DNA of 63,260 nucleotides, filler included, from Salisapilia sapeloensis CBS 127946 (lineage: Eukaryota > Protista > Oomycota), in NCBI GenBank assembly GCA_023334545.1. It is 7 parts of 7 records of this genome, joined end to end, with 100 filler letters (N's around TTAATTAATTAA, not from the genome) between each part and the next. Parts side by side here need not be neighbours in the genome. Positions count along the whole stretch, not along the records: positions 1 to 11,532 come from JAADVB010000430.1; 6 more parts are not named here. One strand, given 5' to 3'. This document shows positions 1 to 10,617 of the stretch, one piece after another. Under the pieces are notes generated by a model. It saw only the letters and a list, made by a program, of their open reading frames with translations, was not told the DNA's origin and did no database searches. A program made the position numbers and the translations under genes. Numbering within the stretch: the stretch's first letter is position 1; the number at the start of each line of letters is the position of its first letter.

Positions 1-42
1 CGAGACCATATCGAGGATGTCTTTCAGCGACTTATCTCGCAT
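1..42 (-). CDS. possible 5' end of a gene running off the window (MRDKSLKDILDMVS...)
   Basis: ATG at 42 on the minus strand, open to position 1. A CCAAT-type box lies upstream (gtgtgattgg near 84-93, with a near-repeat at about 113-122). Only 14 codons are visible. Confidence 0.3.
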   Translation of the reverse strand, partial: MRDKSLKDILDMVS

Positions 43-258
43 TTCGTGTCTCGTGCAGCTTTTCGTGTTTTTGTCGATAGGAGTGTGATTGGTTGATATA
101 CTGAGAAAAGGGGTGTGATTAGTGGAGAGCGTAGCCAAGTTGAAGCGACAAATTAACTGAATCGCTGCATATCTATTCCCAGCACAAAGAAATGAAGATA
201 GCTTGTAGATATCTCTTATCTAGCCGCCAAGAACGCCTATTTAAAATAAATGCGGACA

Positions 259-3144
259 TTATGATTGCTGTATGCTTATCTCTTCGGCTGGATCGTAGTC
301 GTCAAATCCAAGGATTTGATCAGCAAAATCTTGCGCCGTGTAAGTTTCTTGCATTGAAAGCTCTTCGCCCTCCGGTCCGGTGTTTTCAACCAGTAACGCA
401 GTCAAGCAACTCTTTAGCTCTTCGACACTCATATGCTCGCCCTGATTCAGCAATCTCTTTTCAATGTCGTTCCAAGCGAGACTTGGTGCAGCTCCAAGCA
501 CTTGGAAAGCGTTCTCAATCTGATTCTTGCTAATGCCGAATACCGGCCGATGATTGACGTAGAGCTTGATAAACTGTTCCAAGTCGATGCTATCCACTGT
601 CTCTGCATCTTCCGTGAACTTGGAGTACTTGATTTCACTGCACATGTGTCGTATCTCTTGATCAGTCGGGTAGTATCCCAATGCTCGCATGACATTCGGT
701 ATCTCTTTAATCGGCAAATTGTTCGTCACGGCACGAGTAATCGATACGTCCTCACCTTGTACACGAAGTTGAGCGAGGTAAAAGTAGTCAACAATCTCAT
801 TATGCAACTCTCCGTTCTTGCCACCTTCAAGTAAAGACAGATATGGATCCAGATTGTTTTGAAACGGCACGGTCGTGTCCTCCGCCTCGACAAAGCCCAG
901 GTCAGATTCTCGATCTAGAAACTCTGGTCGTACTTCCCATACATTTACGATCCTATCCTCTCCACCAGCGCTTAATAGATACTTCCCATCGTGGGAAGCC
1001 ACGAGCCCACTAATCTCTCCAGTGTGAGCGATAAGACCCATGCACTTGTCTGGATTTCCATCAAAAGGTACTTTAGCTAGTCCGATAATCTTTGAGTGGG
1101 TACTATAAGCACATATACGCTCATCTAGCGTGTCAATGTCCGATCCGAGTGGAATTAAACGATTGATCGGGCCACCGTAGGATGGACCGAGTGTAGTCTT
1201 TCGACAAGTTTTGCTACGTGCGTTCCATTGCTTAAGCTTATACTCGTCATTTGCAATCACGACAAGTTCCTCTTGAAGTCCTTTGACGTTTGGATGCCAG
1301 CAACAAGTCGTTGGCGTTCCGCTCTGTTCAATTCGTATTGGGTTTTGCGTGATGACGATCCCATCGGTGATGCTCGACCGATCTAGATTATACTCCACTA
1401 GTGTCCGGTCTTCTGCGACAGACACAAGGAGAACAGACCCATCAACCGTCTGCGTAAATTCAATACCAGTAATCGGCTTGGAGTGTGCTCTACACCGACC
1501 AATATAGGACCAACTTGTATCTAAATCACCGCTTGCTTCACTATTCCGTAGCTTCCAAAGGCCAACAAATTGCTTGGTATCGACAGCTGCAAGCCAGCAA
1601 GAGTCTGGGCTGATGCGAATGTCTGTGATGCCATCGCCCTTGGACAGTCGGAAAGTAGAGATGTCTTCTAGACTTTGTGCATGTACGATCTTAACAACGC
1701 CACATGTGAACCCGATGACAAGCTTGTCGCCGTCTGGACTAAACGCGAGGCATTGAGGTCGAAGTTTTTCCGGATCGAACTTCCGCATCATCACCAAGCG
1801 TTTGGAAACGTAGTTCCAGAGCTGGATGACTCCAGAGTAGGCACCAAGTGCGACTTGGTCATACTGTGGATGGGCAGCGATGCCATAGATGGAGTCATTT
1901 ACACCTTGCATTAATAGTGTTCCGCGTCGATTATCCGCTTCAAGCTCACCGAAAAGACTGGTGCTCATGCCAACGATAAATGCAACTGACGTGGACACGA
2001 TAAAGTCAGGCAAATCAAAAGCTTCCCCATCTCCAGATCTAACCTTTGGAGACGGAGTTACCGGATCCTCATCTAATGCACTGAAAGAAATGGACTGCAC
2101 AGGTCCGGCATTCATGTCTTCGAACCACGCAACCAAGCGAAAGTCAAAGTCGTAGCAGCGTACAGCACCATCACTAGACCCGACAACAAGGTACCCTTCC
2201 ATGTCAGTTAATATGGTCAGCGCCACTTTGGTCGCCTTAGAGGATAGTGCATTGCCACTTACTAGTCTCACAATCTTCACCGCTCGCCTCTCGGGAAATG
2301 AAGTCTCACTACTTTCTACACTTTGAGCAGTATCATCCCAGACAATTATATCCCCATCGTCCGTGCCCGTGAGGGCTTGAGAGGAGTCTGGCACAAATAT
2401 GGACTGCGTAAAGTTTCCAATGACCTGACGAAAATCTTTCTGAGAAAGCGATGGAGAGTAGAACAAAAGCTTTTGCTGTGCCCAATTCCAAAAGATCACA
2501 CGCTGCTTTCCATTCGTTACAAGTTCACGAATGTCGAACGGATTAAAGCGAACGGTTTGCTGCACATCCTCGGTTGCAATCAGCGATGAGTAGAGAGGAG
2601 TACGTCCGGCCTGACCATGGGCAGTCCATTCCCACACGGACAGCTCTTGTTGCGTTCGTTTTTCCTGCTGATCACTTGGACCAGCACTTATTGTCGCTAT
2701 ATACAGTGCATCCGGCGATATATCCAACGCCGCGACGCCATTCGCATGTGGCTGTGCGATGGTCTTCACAGGAACTCCTGACATTGCATCCCAAACGACC
2801 AGTAACGAGTTCTCTCCAGTGTCCGCCGTAACGATCCATCGTTTATCTTCACTTACACTACAGCTCGTAATCGGATGTGTATGTCCTTGTAGTAGCCTCT
2901 GTTTCTTTTCTGCGTAGTCATAGATGATCCCAGTGTGCGCTGCCGTGTACACGATAGCGTGACGAGTCGATGTTGAGAGACTGTGGACACCGTTCACGAG
3001 GGACTTGTTGAAGCCAAAGCACCATCTTAGCTGTAGTACATTATCATTCGAGCCTGGAGTGGACGTAGCCAAGGTACTCGGTGGCGAGAAAGAGTCCAAT
3101 GGTACGGAGGTATCGATATCTGCATCAGGACTTGACTCCATCAT
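259..3144 (-). CDS. CFAP251: cilia/flagella-associated WD40 protein CFAP251/WDR66 with C-terminal EF-hand-like region
   Basis: Intronless 961-aa ORF. N-terminal LxWCFGFN...HAIVYTAAHTGIIYDY...LLQGH, many WD repeats, and C-terminal LVDYFY-like (IVDYFYLAQLR) and VMRALGYYPTDQEI segments typical of WDR66. Confidence 0.88.
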   Translation of the reverse strand: MMESSPDADIDTSVPLDSFSPPSTLATSTPGSNDNVLQLRWCFGFNKSLVNGVHSLSTSTRHAIVYTAAHTGIIYDYAEKKQRLLQGHTHPITSCSVSEDKRWIVTADTGENSLLVVWDAMSGVPVKTIAQPHANGVAALDISPDALYIATISAGPSDQQEKRTQQELSVWEWTAHGQAGRTPLYSSLIATEDVQQTVRFNPFDIRELVTNGKQRVIFWNWAQQKLLFYSPSLSQKDFRQVIGNFTQSIFVPDSSQALTGTDDGDIIVWDDTAQSVESSETSFPERRAVKIVRLVSGNALSSKATKVALTILTDMEGYLVVGSSDGAVRCYDFDFRLVAWFEDMNAGPVQSISFSALDEDPVTPSPKVRSGDGEAFDLPDFIVSTSVAFIVGMSTSLFGELEADNRRGTLLMQGVNDSIYGIAAHPQYDQVALGAYSGVIQLWNYVSKRLVMMRKFDPEKLRPQCLAFSPDGDKLVIGFTCGVVKIVHAQSLEDISTFRLSKGDGITDIRISPDSCWLAAVDTKQFVGLWKLRNSEASGDLDTSWSYIGRCRAHSKPITGIEFTQTVDGSVLLVSVAEDRTLVEYNLDRSSITDGIVITQNPIRIEQSGTPTTCCWHPNVKGLQEELVVIANDEYKLKQWNARSKTCRKTTLGPSYGGPINRLIPLGSDIDTLDERICAYSTHSKIIGLAKVPFDGNPDKCMGLIAHTGEISGLVASHDGKYLLSAGGEDRIVNVWEVRPEFLDRESDLGFVEAEDTTVPFQNNLDPYLSLLEGGKNGELHNEIVDYFYLAQLRVQGEDVSITRAVTNNLPIKEIPNVMRALGYYPTDQEIRHMCSEIKYSKFTEDAETVDSIDLEQFIKLYVNHRPVFGISKNQIENAFQVLGAAPSLAWNDIEKRLLNQGEHMSVEELKSCLTALLVENTGPEGEELSMQETYTAQDFADQILGFDDYDPAEEISIQQS

Positions 3145-3231
3145 ACCTCTAGATAACCAAAGGCTAAAGAGACAGCGGTTTTAAGTCGATTGAAACGTCC
3201 GAAAGCAAAATGCAAGTACATTGTTTATCCA

Positions 3232-3963
3232 CTAGACTGTGTCATCAATCGGGACACAGCGTTTCTCCCAGAGTCTACGACGTACGAGGTTGATACGCGT
3301 CCGCTTGGCTGAAAATGGGCCGGCCCACGTCGCGGCGTACACCCAGCCTTGGTCGTCTCCAGATCCTTTCGAGAACTCCCAACTGTCTCCTGTTAGATGA
3401 TCCGGGACCGTCGGAGCCACTTCAGCGAATTTATCTGCCGTCCGCTCTCCATTGTACGACGAGTAGTGACGTCGATTGGCGTTGTTCGTCGGATACCACC
3501 CGGCAATTGGTCCCCACGACTCGTTCTCCCAAACGTACAAGGTCTTGGGTCCATCATCTTTTTCACGAAGACTAACACCAAATTCGATCGTACTACTCCG
3601 ATTCTGCTTTGCGTACTTCTCCGGTACATCTAGCAGCTTGCTTTCGACGACCATAGCTTTCGCGACCTGCTGCTCATATTTAGCGAGAGGAATCGCTGCG
3701 GAGCCGAGTAATTCATCGCTAATGAACGGATCGTTATCATAGACCGTTAGGCTAAGCACCGTCGTCCTTAAGTCCTCAACCTGAAAGTCAAAGACCTCTG
3801 CCGGACGCCATTCCGGATTCATTTCATTCGCAATACAAGAACTCTTTTGTCGATCCTGACCTATCGCCACGACCACGTACGGATCACTCTTACCACCAAA
3901 GCATCCCCAATCACTCCTAGGCAATTCAGAAGCTCTTCGTACAGATACTTGGAGGAAGACCAT
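3232..3963 (-). CDS. C2 domain protein with C-terminal dysferlin (DysF/peroxin)-like motif
   Basis: KSDPYVVV and VYDNDPFISDELLG give the Ca2+-binding Asp set of a C2 domain. The C-terminus has WENESW...GW, GWVYA and VRRRLW, the Trp/Arg pattern of DysF domains. Confidence 0.8.
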   Translation of the reverse strand: MVFLQVSVRRASELPRSDWGCFGGKSDPYVVVAIGQDRQKSSCIANEMNPEWRPAEVFDFQVEDLRTTVLSLTVYDNDPFISDELLGSAAIPLAKYEQQVAKAMVVESKLLDVPEKYAKQNRSSTIEFGVSLREKDDGPKTLYVWENESWGPIAGWYPTNNANRRHYSSYNGERTADKFAEVAPTVPDHLTGDSWEFSKGSGDDQGWVYAATWAGPFSAKRTRINLVRRRLWEKRCVPIDDTV

Positions 3964-4112
3964 CTCGACGACCTACCGATTGACCTCGCACTAAGGAACT
4001 GCACCCATGTCCGTATTTACACCAATCCGACAGCTGTAGACCACATTTGCACCAATCCACGTGCGTCAAAACTACTTTCGTGTTGCAAAAAGAATTAAAG
4101 TACAAATTTAAC

Positions 4113-6053
4113 CTAAAAAACGTGATGGCCAGAGTACTCGTCTTCGTCAGATGGTGGAGGAGAGTCCTTGGGACTACGTGCCTTCCGAGGTAGTCGAGGC
4201 TTAATCATCTTCTTCTTTGCAAACGCATTCAATTTGTTCCACCTCTTCTTCGGCTTCGCGTCTTCCGTCGTATCATCTGTCGCGACTTCACTTTCATCAT
4301 CGTCGTCCCAATCCTCTGCGGGTGCAAGCATCCCAGCTTCTGCCAATTCCTCTGCTTCCTTCAATTCCTGATCCGTCGGGTACTCCCAGCACGAGTAGCC
4401 ACTGTAGTGGGCATAGTAGTACTCCCCCGGCATCGTCCGACTTTCATGTCGCTTCCATCCGTCCGGCAGGGCCTTGAGTTCATCTGGCGTACTGTGCTCT
4501 GTACTCGGACTCTCTTTATTCTCCACATCGGTGTACGGATCCGGCGTTTCCGTCTGTGGCGTCTCGACTGTATTCTTTTTACTTTTCTTTGAACGCAACT
4601 TGACGCGACTCGTAAGTGCCGACACGATCGTCTTCTTACGCTGTCGAGGCGCAGGGAATGCGAGATCGTCACTGTCACTACTAGCAATGCCTGGCGACGG
4701 CTGCGCTTCCACCATCTCCTCTTCCTCTGCCATCTCCTCGTCCTTCTCATTAAACGACTCGAGCTCTGAAGTAGCGCTACGAGTAGATGGCAAGTCCGAC
4801 TCGTCCTTCGAGCTCTTCCCCACCTTCTTTGACAAGAACTTGCCACCGTTCTTTGCTAGCTTGTACAGATCCTTGACATCCGATCTCGATCGTTTTGTCC
4901 GGAACTGGTCTCGCCGTACTTCAGCGCTCTCCTCATCGTTCTCGTCTTCTGATGCGGCAAGTGTGTCGTCCATCTGCCGGAAACTCGTACGCTCCTCATG
5001 CTCTGGCTCGACACCTCTCGAGAAGACACTTCGCGATCGCCGAGCACGAGCTGAGAAGATAGTCGCAGGGTCCGACGCCTCGTCGCTCTTGCGCGTAGCA
5101 CTGAGCTTGATGGCGTTCTGCAGCTTCCGCTCCGTGTCTTCATTCCGCTCTCTCAGAGTCGTCACCTGCTTCGCCTGATGATCAGCTTCAGCATGGAAAT
5201 CACCTAGTAGCATCTCGAGCGTCTCAAGTTTCGTCATCATGTCCATCTTCTCCGGTTCATCCGCGAATCGGAGACTTTTGGGTGCATTCATCTCGTCACT
5301 GTCGACATCTAAGCCTCGAACACTCGCAAGTAATCTACGAGCTTTGCCGCAAATGTTGTCCATACGAGAAGACGTTTTCTGAAGCTCTTGATTCAATACT
5401 TTAATCGTCTCTTGGCATTCTGCCAATTGCTTCTTTTCCATCGCAGCTTCATGCATCCTTGAGACAGAAAAACGATGCTCTTCGATCGCTCGCATCCACT
5501 CATGTGCATCGTTCTCATCATTTGCATCCAAATAGATAGGCCGTAGCTTTGGTTTGCCAGGAGAATCTTTCAATCGACTTGGCACACGCCCGGCGACACG
5601 AAAGGAGCCAGCATCGGAGCCACCGACGCTACGTTGCAAACAATCGGAATTCAACTTGACTTCTTCCATGAATTGGAGATCTAAGACACCTCGTGGATGG
5701 TCATCACTTTCGCTCTTGTAATAATAGAGACACGTCGATGGCCGGAGGACGAAAAAGTATTGATTCCAAGCGCCTGGTTCATTATCCGCTTGTTTCTTGA
5801 GATACCCAGACTTGCTACCTAGTCGAGAGATCTCGTCTGCCGTCGGTGGCGGACAGAAACGCACGCGAGGCTGTTTATACATGGCATTCGGTACATCGGC
5901 ACTTGTGACACCGCGATTACGCAAAACTGGAGGTCGACTCGCTCCTTCCTGTAACACTGATATGTCCTGACTGGCGTTCGTAAACCCAGTGGCAACGGAC
6001 TGCACACGTCGTTGCCGATGCAGGTTCTTACGCTCCGCTTCGCCGTCCGACAT
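4113..6053 (-). CDS. PH domain - coiled coil - acidic/basic linker - WW domain protein
   Basis: PH: KSGYLKKQ...WNQYFFVL...LYYYKSE...EWMRAIEEH. Heptad-rich middle. WW: LPDGWKRH...GEYYYAHYSGYSCWEYP. Confidence 0.85.
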   Translation of the reverse strand: MSDGEAERKNLHRQRRVQSVATGFTNASQDISVLQEGASRPPVLRNRGVTSADVPNAMYKQPRVRFCPPPTADEISRLGSKSGYLKKQADNEPGAWNQYFFVLRPSTCLYYYKSESDDHPRGVLDLQFMEEVKLNSDCLQRSVGGSDAGSFRVAGRVPSRLKDSPGKPKLRPIYLDANDENDAHEWMRAIEEHRFSVSRMHEAAMEKKQLAECQETIKVLNQELQKTSSRMDNICGKARRLLASVRGLDVDSDEMNAPKSLRFADEPEKMDMMTKLETLEMLLGDFHAEADHQAKQVTTLRERNEDTERKLQNAIKLSATRKSDEASDPATIFSARARRSRSVFSRGVEPEHEERTSFRQMDDTLAASEDENDEESAEVRRDQFRTKRSRSDVKDLYKLAKNGGKFLSKKVGKSSKDESDLPSTRSATSELESFNEKDEEMAEEEEMVEAQPSPGIASSDSDDLAFPAPRQRKKTIVSALTSRVKLRSKKSKKNTVETPQTETPDPYTDVENKESPSTEHSTPDELKALPDGWKRHESRTMPGEYYYAHYSGYSCWEYPTDQELKEAEELAEAGMLAPAEDWDDDDESEVATDDTTEDAKPKKRWNKLNAFAKKKMIKPRLPRKARSPKDSPPPSDEDEYSGHHVF

Positions 6054-7136
6054 ATCAAGCGATTAACACCAAGATGCTGCTGTCGCACGTGTTTAATTAT
6101 GCTTTGCTTGCGTTTGGTCTGACTTTCTCAACTACTTGGATATTGTATGTCGCTTAGAAGATAATTCATCTCGAAGGCATACGATCCGGCGGCATTCGCT
6201 CGACTGGCGTGCAAATAGAATTTCTTAGGTACCCGCTAATTAACACATGCATTCGTCGATCGTTATTCTGTTTTCGCTTCTAGACGTCTAGATCATGGAA
6301 GATATGATGGATTAAAACGGAGGAGAGGAAAATGTCGATGAGAAGGGTAGCAGAAGGCGTAGTGGGAATGAAGTAGACGATGTTTAGCATGCTGAATCTA
6401 CTGTAGGTAAAATGGTTTGTGGCAACGCGACTACAAAGAACTGACGAAAGGTAGCTACACGTTATCAGACACACAAGTCAAAGTTCAGATCTGAAGCTAT
6501 CAAATGAGGCGCCTTGTGCGTAGAGGCCAAGTGTTTGTATTTACCATGGGAGCATGGGGTGTATTGGACCGAGAGAAGGCAGCTTTTATATGCTGTTGCT
6601 GACACCAGCGACGCACATACTCGTCTCAAACGAGAACCTTTTTTATCCCCTTTTGGCTCTAAAAACGCACCAATTTGCTACCGTATGTATACTCCTCTTG
6701 TATCATCATCTCTCATTTTCGTTTGCACCCAAAGATAAACTAGCCACCTTGAAAGCATTCACCTTCAACATTATGCGTCAGTATCGTTTGTTTCGGAAGA
6801 ATGACTTCCCGACGACGTGGGAGTGACTTGGCACGATTTGACTAGCATTGCACTTTATTTTTACGACATCTGACGAATACCCGGCTAATTCCCTCATCCA
6901 TTCAACTCTCATTGGATAAATTGCATCAAATCAAAGAATTACGACATTTCCAATACATAAAACCACATGGAAACCTGAAATCGCTTAATTGATTGGATGG
7001 ATTATCCGATGGTCGACGCTTGTACAAAATGGGACTTGAATGCGTCATGCGTGTCAAACGATAATCGTGATGAGTCTGTAGATGACCTGCAGAGCTCCAC
7101 CTTATTCTTCATTCGGTATCAGAACACGCATTGAAA

Positions 7137-9110
7137 ATGCCTAACACGGACATGAGCCATATACTAAAAATCGCATTGGGTGCTGGCATCGCACTCATCG
7201 TAGTGCTCATTGCCGTCGTGACAGCATTAATCTGGTGGTTTTGCTATCGTACTCGTCGTGACCCATCTTTCGAAGGTCTCACAGATGAATTGACACGACG
7301 AGAAGACCTTGCGAACACCGATATCGAAAGCGATGAACAAGGCTGGACATGCATCATCTGTGCTTATCAGAACAGCTCCAACAAGAGCGTCTGCGTCATG
7401 TGTGGCACGACCGCCGATTTCCTCCGAAAGACGGACGGTTTAGACTCACTAAAGCACATCAGCTCTAGGAATCTGCTACATGACATGCAGAATGAACAAG
7501 TAGACGATGTTAGTACACTACGTACTCGACAACGAGCGTTTGTGCGACGACGCATGGAAAGTCGAGGACTCCTCAGTGGCAAGAGACTGTCGCTGCGTCA
7601 ACGAGGAGCTCAGCGTCGACGTATGTGGAAACGTAGAGAAAAGGAGGATGGTAAGATGCACTGGGTTCGAGATGGGAACTCGAATAAACGTCTAAAGGTC
7701 CCGATATCGGAGGACACGGCACTCGACGACGTTGATGCGAAGGATTGGGACATGATGGAAAGCTTTTCGTCGCCAAAGACGGATTTCACGAGCATACAGA
7801 GCCAAGGCTTCGTCTCGTCTTACAATGACGAAGGGAAGCTCGTGTGGATCAAAGCAGAGGACGTGTCCATTGACATGGAACCGTTTCGACAGCTCGAGGA
7901 AGACGTCGAGCAGGTCATGGCCATGGACTTTCGTCAGAAGAAGCAATGGTTCCTCGCACACGTATCAAAGCTTGCCATTCCTCCAACCGAAGGCATCACG
8001 AAGATCACGCTACGTCGTGAATCGCTCCTAGAAGACTCGATGAAGATACTTACGACGGCATCGAAAGATCAGCTAGTTCGCTACCTTCGAATAGAGTTTG
8101 AAGGAGAAGCTGGTATCGATGCCGGCGGACTGCTACGAGAGTGGTTCGATCAGATCTGTAAAGAGCTCTTTAGCAGCGACAAGAAGCTCTTTGTACCGAC
8201 GAAAGGAGAGAACACAAGCTACTGGATCAACCCACTCTCCGGTCAGCATGAGCCAGATCACTTGCGCTACTTTCGCTTCGCTGGTATCTTAATCGGTAAA
8301 GCACTGTTCGAAGGACTCGTGATGGAAGCGCACTTGGCTCTTCCGTTGCTCAAGCATGTCTTGGGCATTCCTATCTCCTTTAGTGACCTCGAGTTTCTTG
8401 ATGATGAGCTATATCGGAACTGCCAGTGGCTGCGGAAGAATGAGAACGCAGAGGCCTTGTGCCTTACCTTCAGTGTCATGCTCGAGGACGGCAAAATGAT
8501 CGATTTAAAAGAGAACGGAAGGGATCTAGAGGTGACGGACGCGAACAAAGAGGAGTACATGCAACTGGTACTGGAACACCGGATGCTGGACAGTGTCTCG
8601 CCACAACTACAACAGTTGCTACAAGGGATCTATGAGATCATTCCCAAGGAAGTCATCACCGTCTTGGACTATCAGGAGCTCGAGCTTATGCTGTGTGGTG
8701 TACCGACGATTGATGTCGGCGACTGGAGACGACACACGACAGTAAATTATTGCGAAGAGTTTCCGAATGGGAAGCGCATGGGGGTGAAGGAACAAGACAG
8801 AGTGGTGGAGTGGTTTTGGAACGTCCTGGAAGATCTGTCACTAGAGGAACGAGCGAGGCTGCTACAGTTCGCGACAGGAACGAGTCGCGTGCCAATTGAA
8901 GGGTTCCGTGGTCTGCTCAGCTCCAGTGGCTACGTCCACCCTTTCACTTTACAGCTTGTACCGAAAGGCGAGAGTGCAAGTGGCTTGCTACCGAAAGCCC
9001 ACACGTGTTTCAATCGATTGGATCTCCCGCTCTACAAGGAGGAAGAGGAATTGGAACAGCACCTGTCGGTCGTGCTGCACATGGAGATCATGGGCTTTGG
9101 ACTGGAATAA
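7137..9110 (+). CDS. membrane-anchored HECT E3 ubiquitin ligase (TM - RanBP2-type ZnF - NEDD4-like HECT)
   Basis: First ATG is 7137 (the ORF track starts at TTG 7131). TM IALGAGIALIVVLIAVVTALIWWF; ZnF WTCIICAYQN...CVMCG; HECT FEGEAGIDAGGLLREWF, LLQFATGTSRVP and catalytic AHTCFNRLDLP. The start is somewhat uncertain. Confidence 0.9.
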   Translation: MPNTDMSHILKIALGAGIALIVVLIAVVTALIWWFCYRTRRDPSFEGLTDELTRREDLANTDIESDEQGWTCIICAYQNSSNKSVCVMCGTTADFLRKTDGLDSLKHISSRNLLHDMQNEQVDDVSTLRTRQRAFVRRRMESRGLLSGKRLSLRQRGAQRRRMWKRREKEDGKMHWVRDGNSNKRLKVPISEDTALDDVDAKDWDMMESFSSPKTDFTSIQSQGFVSSYNDEGKLVWIKAEDVSIDMEPFRQLEEDVEQVMAMDFRQKKQWFLAHVSKLAIPPTEGITKITLRRESLLEDSMKILTTASKDQLVRYLRIEFEGEAGIDAGGLLREWFDQICKELFSSDKKLFVPTKGENTSYWINPLSGQHEPDHLRYFRFAGILIGKALFEGLVMEAHLALPLLKHVLGIPISFSDLEFLDDELYRNCQWLRKNENAEALCLTFSVMLEDGKMIDLKENGRDLEVTDANKEEYMQLVLEHRMLDSVSPQLQQLLQGIYEIIPKEVITVLDYQELELMLCGVPTIDVGDWRRHTTVNYCEEFPNGKRMGVKEQDRVVEWFWNVLEDLSLEERARLLQFATGTSRVPIEGFRGLLSSSGYVHPFTLQLVPKGESASGLLPKAHTCFNRLDLPLYKEEEELEQHLSVVLHMEIMGFGLE

Positions 9111-9190
9111 GGGATAAGAAAATTATTATTAAACACCCCATACACGTAGTGGACAAGTACCGTCACGTGTCGATCAGACTATCTTTTGTA

Positions 9191-9840
9191 TTATGATTTC
9201 TGCTTGTCCGCTTCTTTCTGCGCCTGAACGTCACGACGAATAAGATCTCGCTCGCGTTCTCGCACTCGTTCGTTAATGCCACTTGGTGGAGCTTGCTTCG
9301 ACGTTGCGTCTTCATTCCGTTGTGTCGTGTCCTCGGAACTGGAGAATGAGGACAAGAGCTTCTGCTTTTGACTTTCAAAGAAGGAAAGATGCTCGTCCTT
9401 GGACGGACTGATGCTACTATTTTTACTATTTCGGTCTGGACTATTGCTACTAAACTCTGGAGTCGATCTGCTCTCGATAGTTCTTTCCATACGCTCCTCC
9501 TCTAAAGCTGTCAGTCGAGAACGCAGCTCTGCAATGGCATTTTCCAATGCCCTATCCTTCTCTACAAGCTGCTTTTCTGTCTCCATTTCTTCACCAACTT
9601 TTTCCATCCGTAGACGCTCATTCTCCTTGTCCATGTCCAATTGCACCGAGTAGAGATAGAGTCCGAGCGACGTGCCTGGTGCCAAGGCGAAAAATGCATA
9701 AATGGCCTTCCGTTTAGGTGAAAGCAAATTTCTAAATACTCATGTTACTCTAACAATATAGCTTGTGATAATAGGAACAGGTCAGCATACTCATAGGCGC
9801 CAGCAGGAGCCTGCGAAAAGAGCTGCTTCCACATCGACAT
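9191..9840 (-). CDS. hypothetical single-pass membrane/coiled-coil protein, 2 exons, about 196 aa
   Basis: Model complement(join(9191..9731,9791..9840)). A 59-bp GTATGC...TTTAG intron joins MSMWKQLFSQAPAGAYE in frame to NLLSPKRKAIYAFFALAPG. One hydrophobic segment followed by a coiled coil. Confidence 0.7.
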
Positions 9841-10191
9841 TTCGTTGCGCTTTTGCTTGTCAAGAGCAGAGACTTAAGTCGCACCTTTACAGTTGAATTA
9901 CTTCGTAAAAAGCATATTTTAAGTCTATAATTTGTTAGAGAGGTATCCTGAACAGTTTTAAATCGCAGAGTATCAAGCGCAAACGCAGTCTTACCATTTA
10001 GTCCTGTATTCGCGTCTTAGTAGTTACGCAGAAGCTCTCATTGCACATTGTGTGCCTCCGCCCTACCTAGAGCTGTCGATGATCTCGTGACCGTGACTGC
10101 ACACGCATGATAATCTCGGACAGCGATCGAGGCTTTCAATACTTGATGTACCTTGAACAGTCGTAGACATACTTTGATCTTTTTAGAGATG

Positions 10192-10617
10192 AAGGAACGA
10201 CTTGTAGACACTTTAGACTGGCTCATTAGATACTTTCGAGCATGCTCTATCCGTATATGCCGAAATTGGAATTTTGAAAAACGAGTATGGTCGTCGGCTC
10301 AAGCTCGCTGTCTTGGGTTTTGCGCTCGAGGATGTTTTGTTGGCAGCTTGACTCTTCCGAGGCATACAAAAAGCTAGTCACTCAAACCAACAGCGCTAAC
10401 TGGAAGGAAAGTGTTATGAATTCTGGACTCACTAGCTTTTTATGATCTCGAAAAGTCGCGTATCGAGCGAACACTCGAGCATGCGAACAGCGAGGTAGCG
10501 ATCGCGAGTCGACCACCAAAACTTTTGTTTTTCGAATATCCAATTTTGACATAGATAGACAGAGCGCACTCCAAAGTGTCTAATGGGATGGTCTAGAGAC
10601 TCTACATGCCATTCCTT
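10192..10617. mobile_element. degenerate foldback/MITE-like element (about 190-bp inverted arms, about 40-bp loop)
   Basis: The reverse complement of about 10428-10617 aligns colinearly with about 10192-10382, e.g. tatgccgaaattggaattttgaaaaac vs tatgtcaaaattggatattcgaaaaac, cattagatactttcgag vs cattagacactttggag, and aaaaagctagt in both arms. Confidence 0.7.

Noticed and set aside
7009-7156. Alternative upstream exon for the HECT gene via a 41-bp intron (7116-7156)
   Set aside because: In frame and contains CTAAC, but shorter than all other introns here with a weak GAG acceptor; needs RNA evidence.
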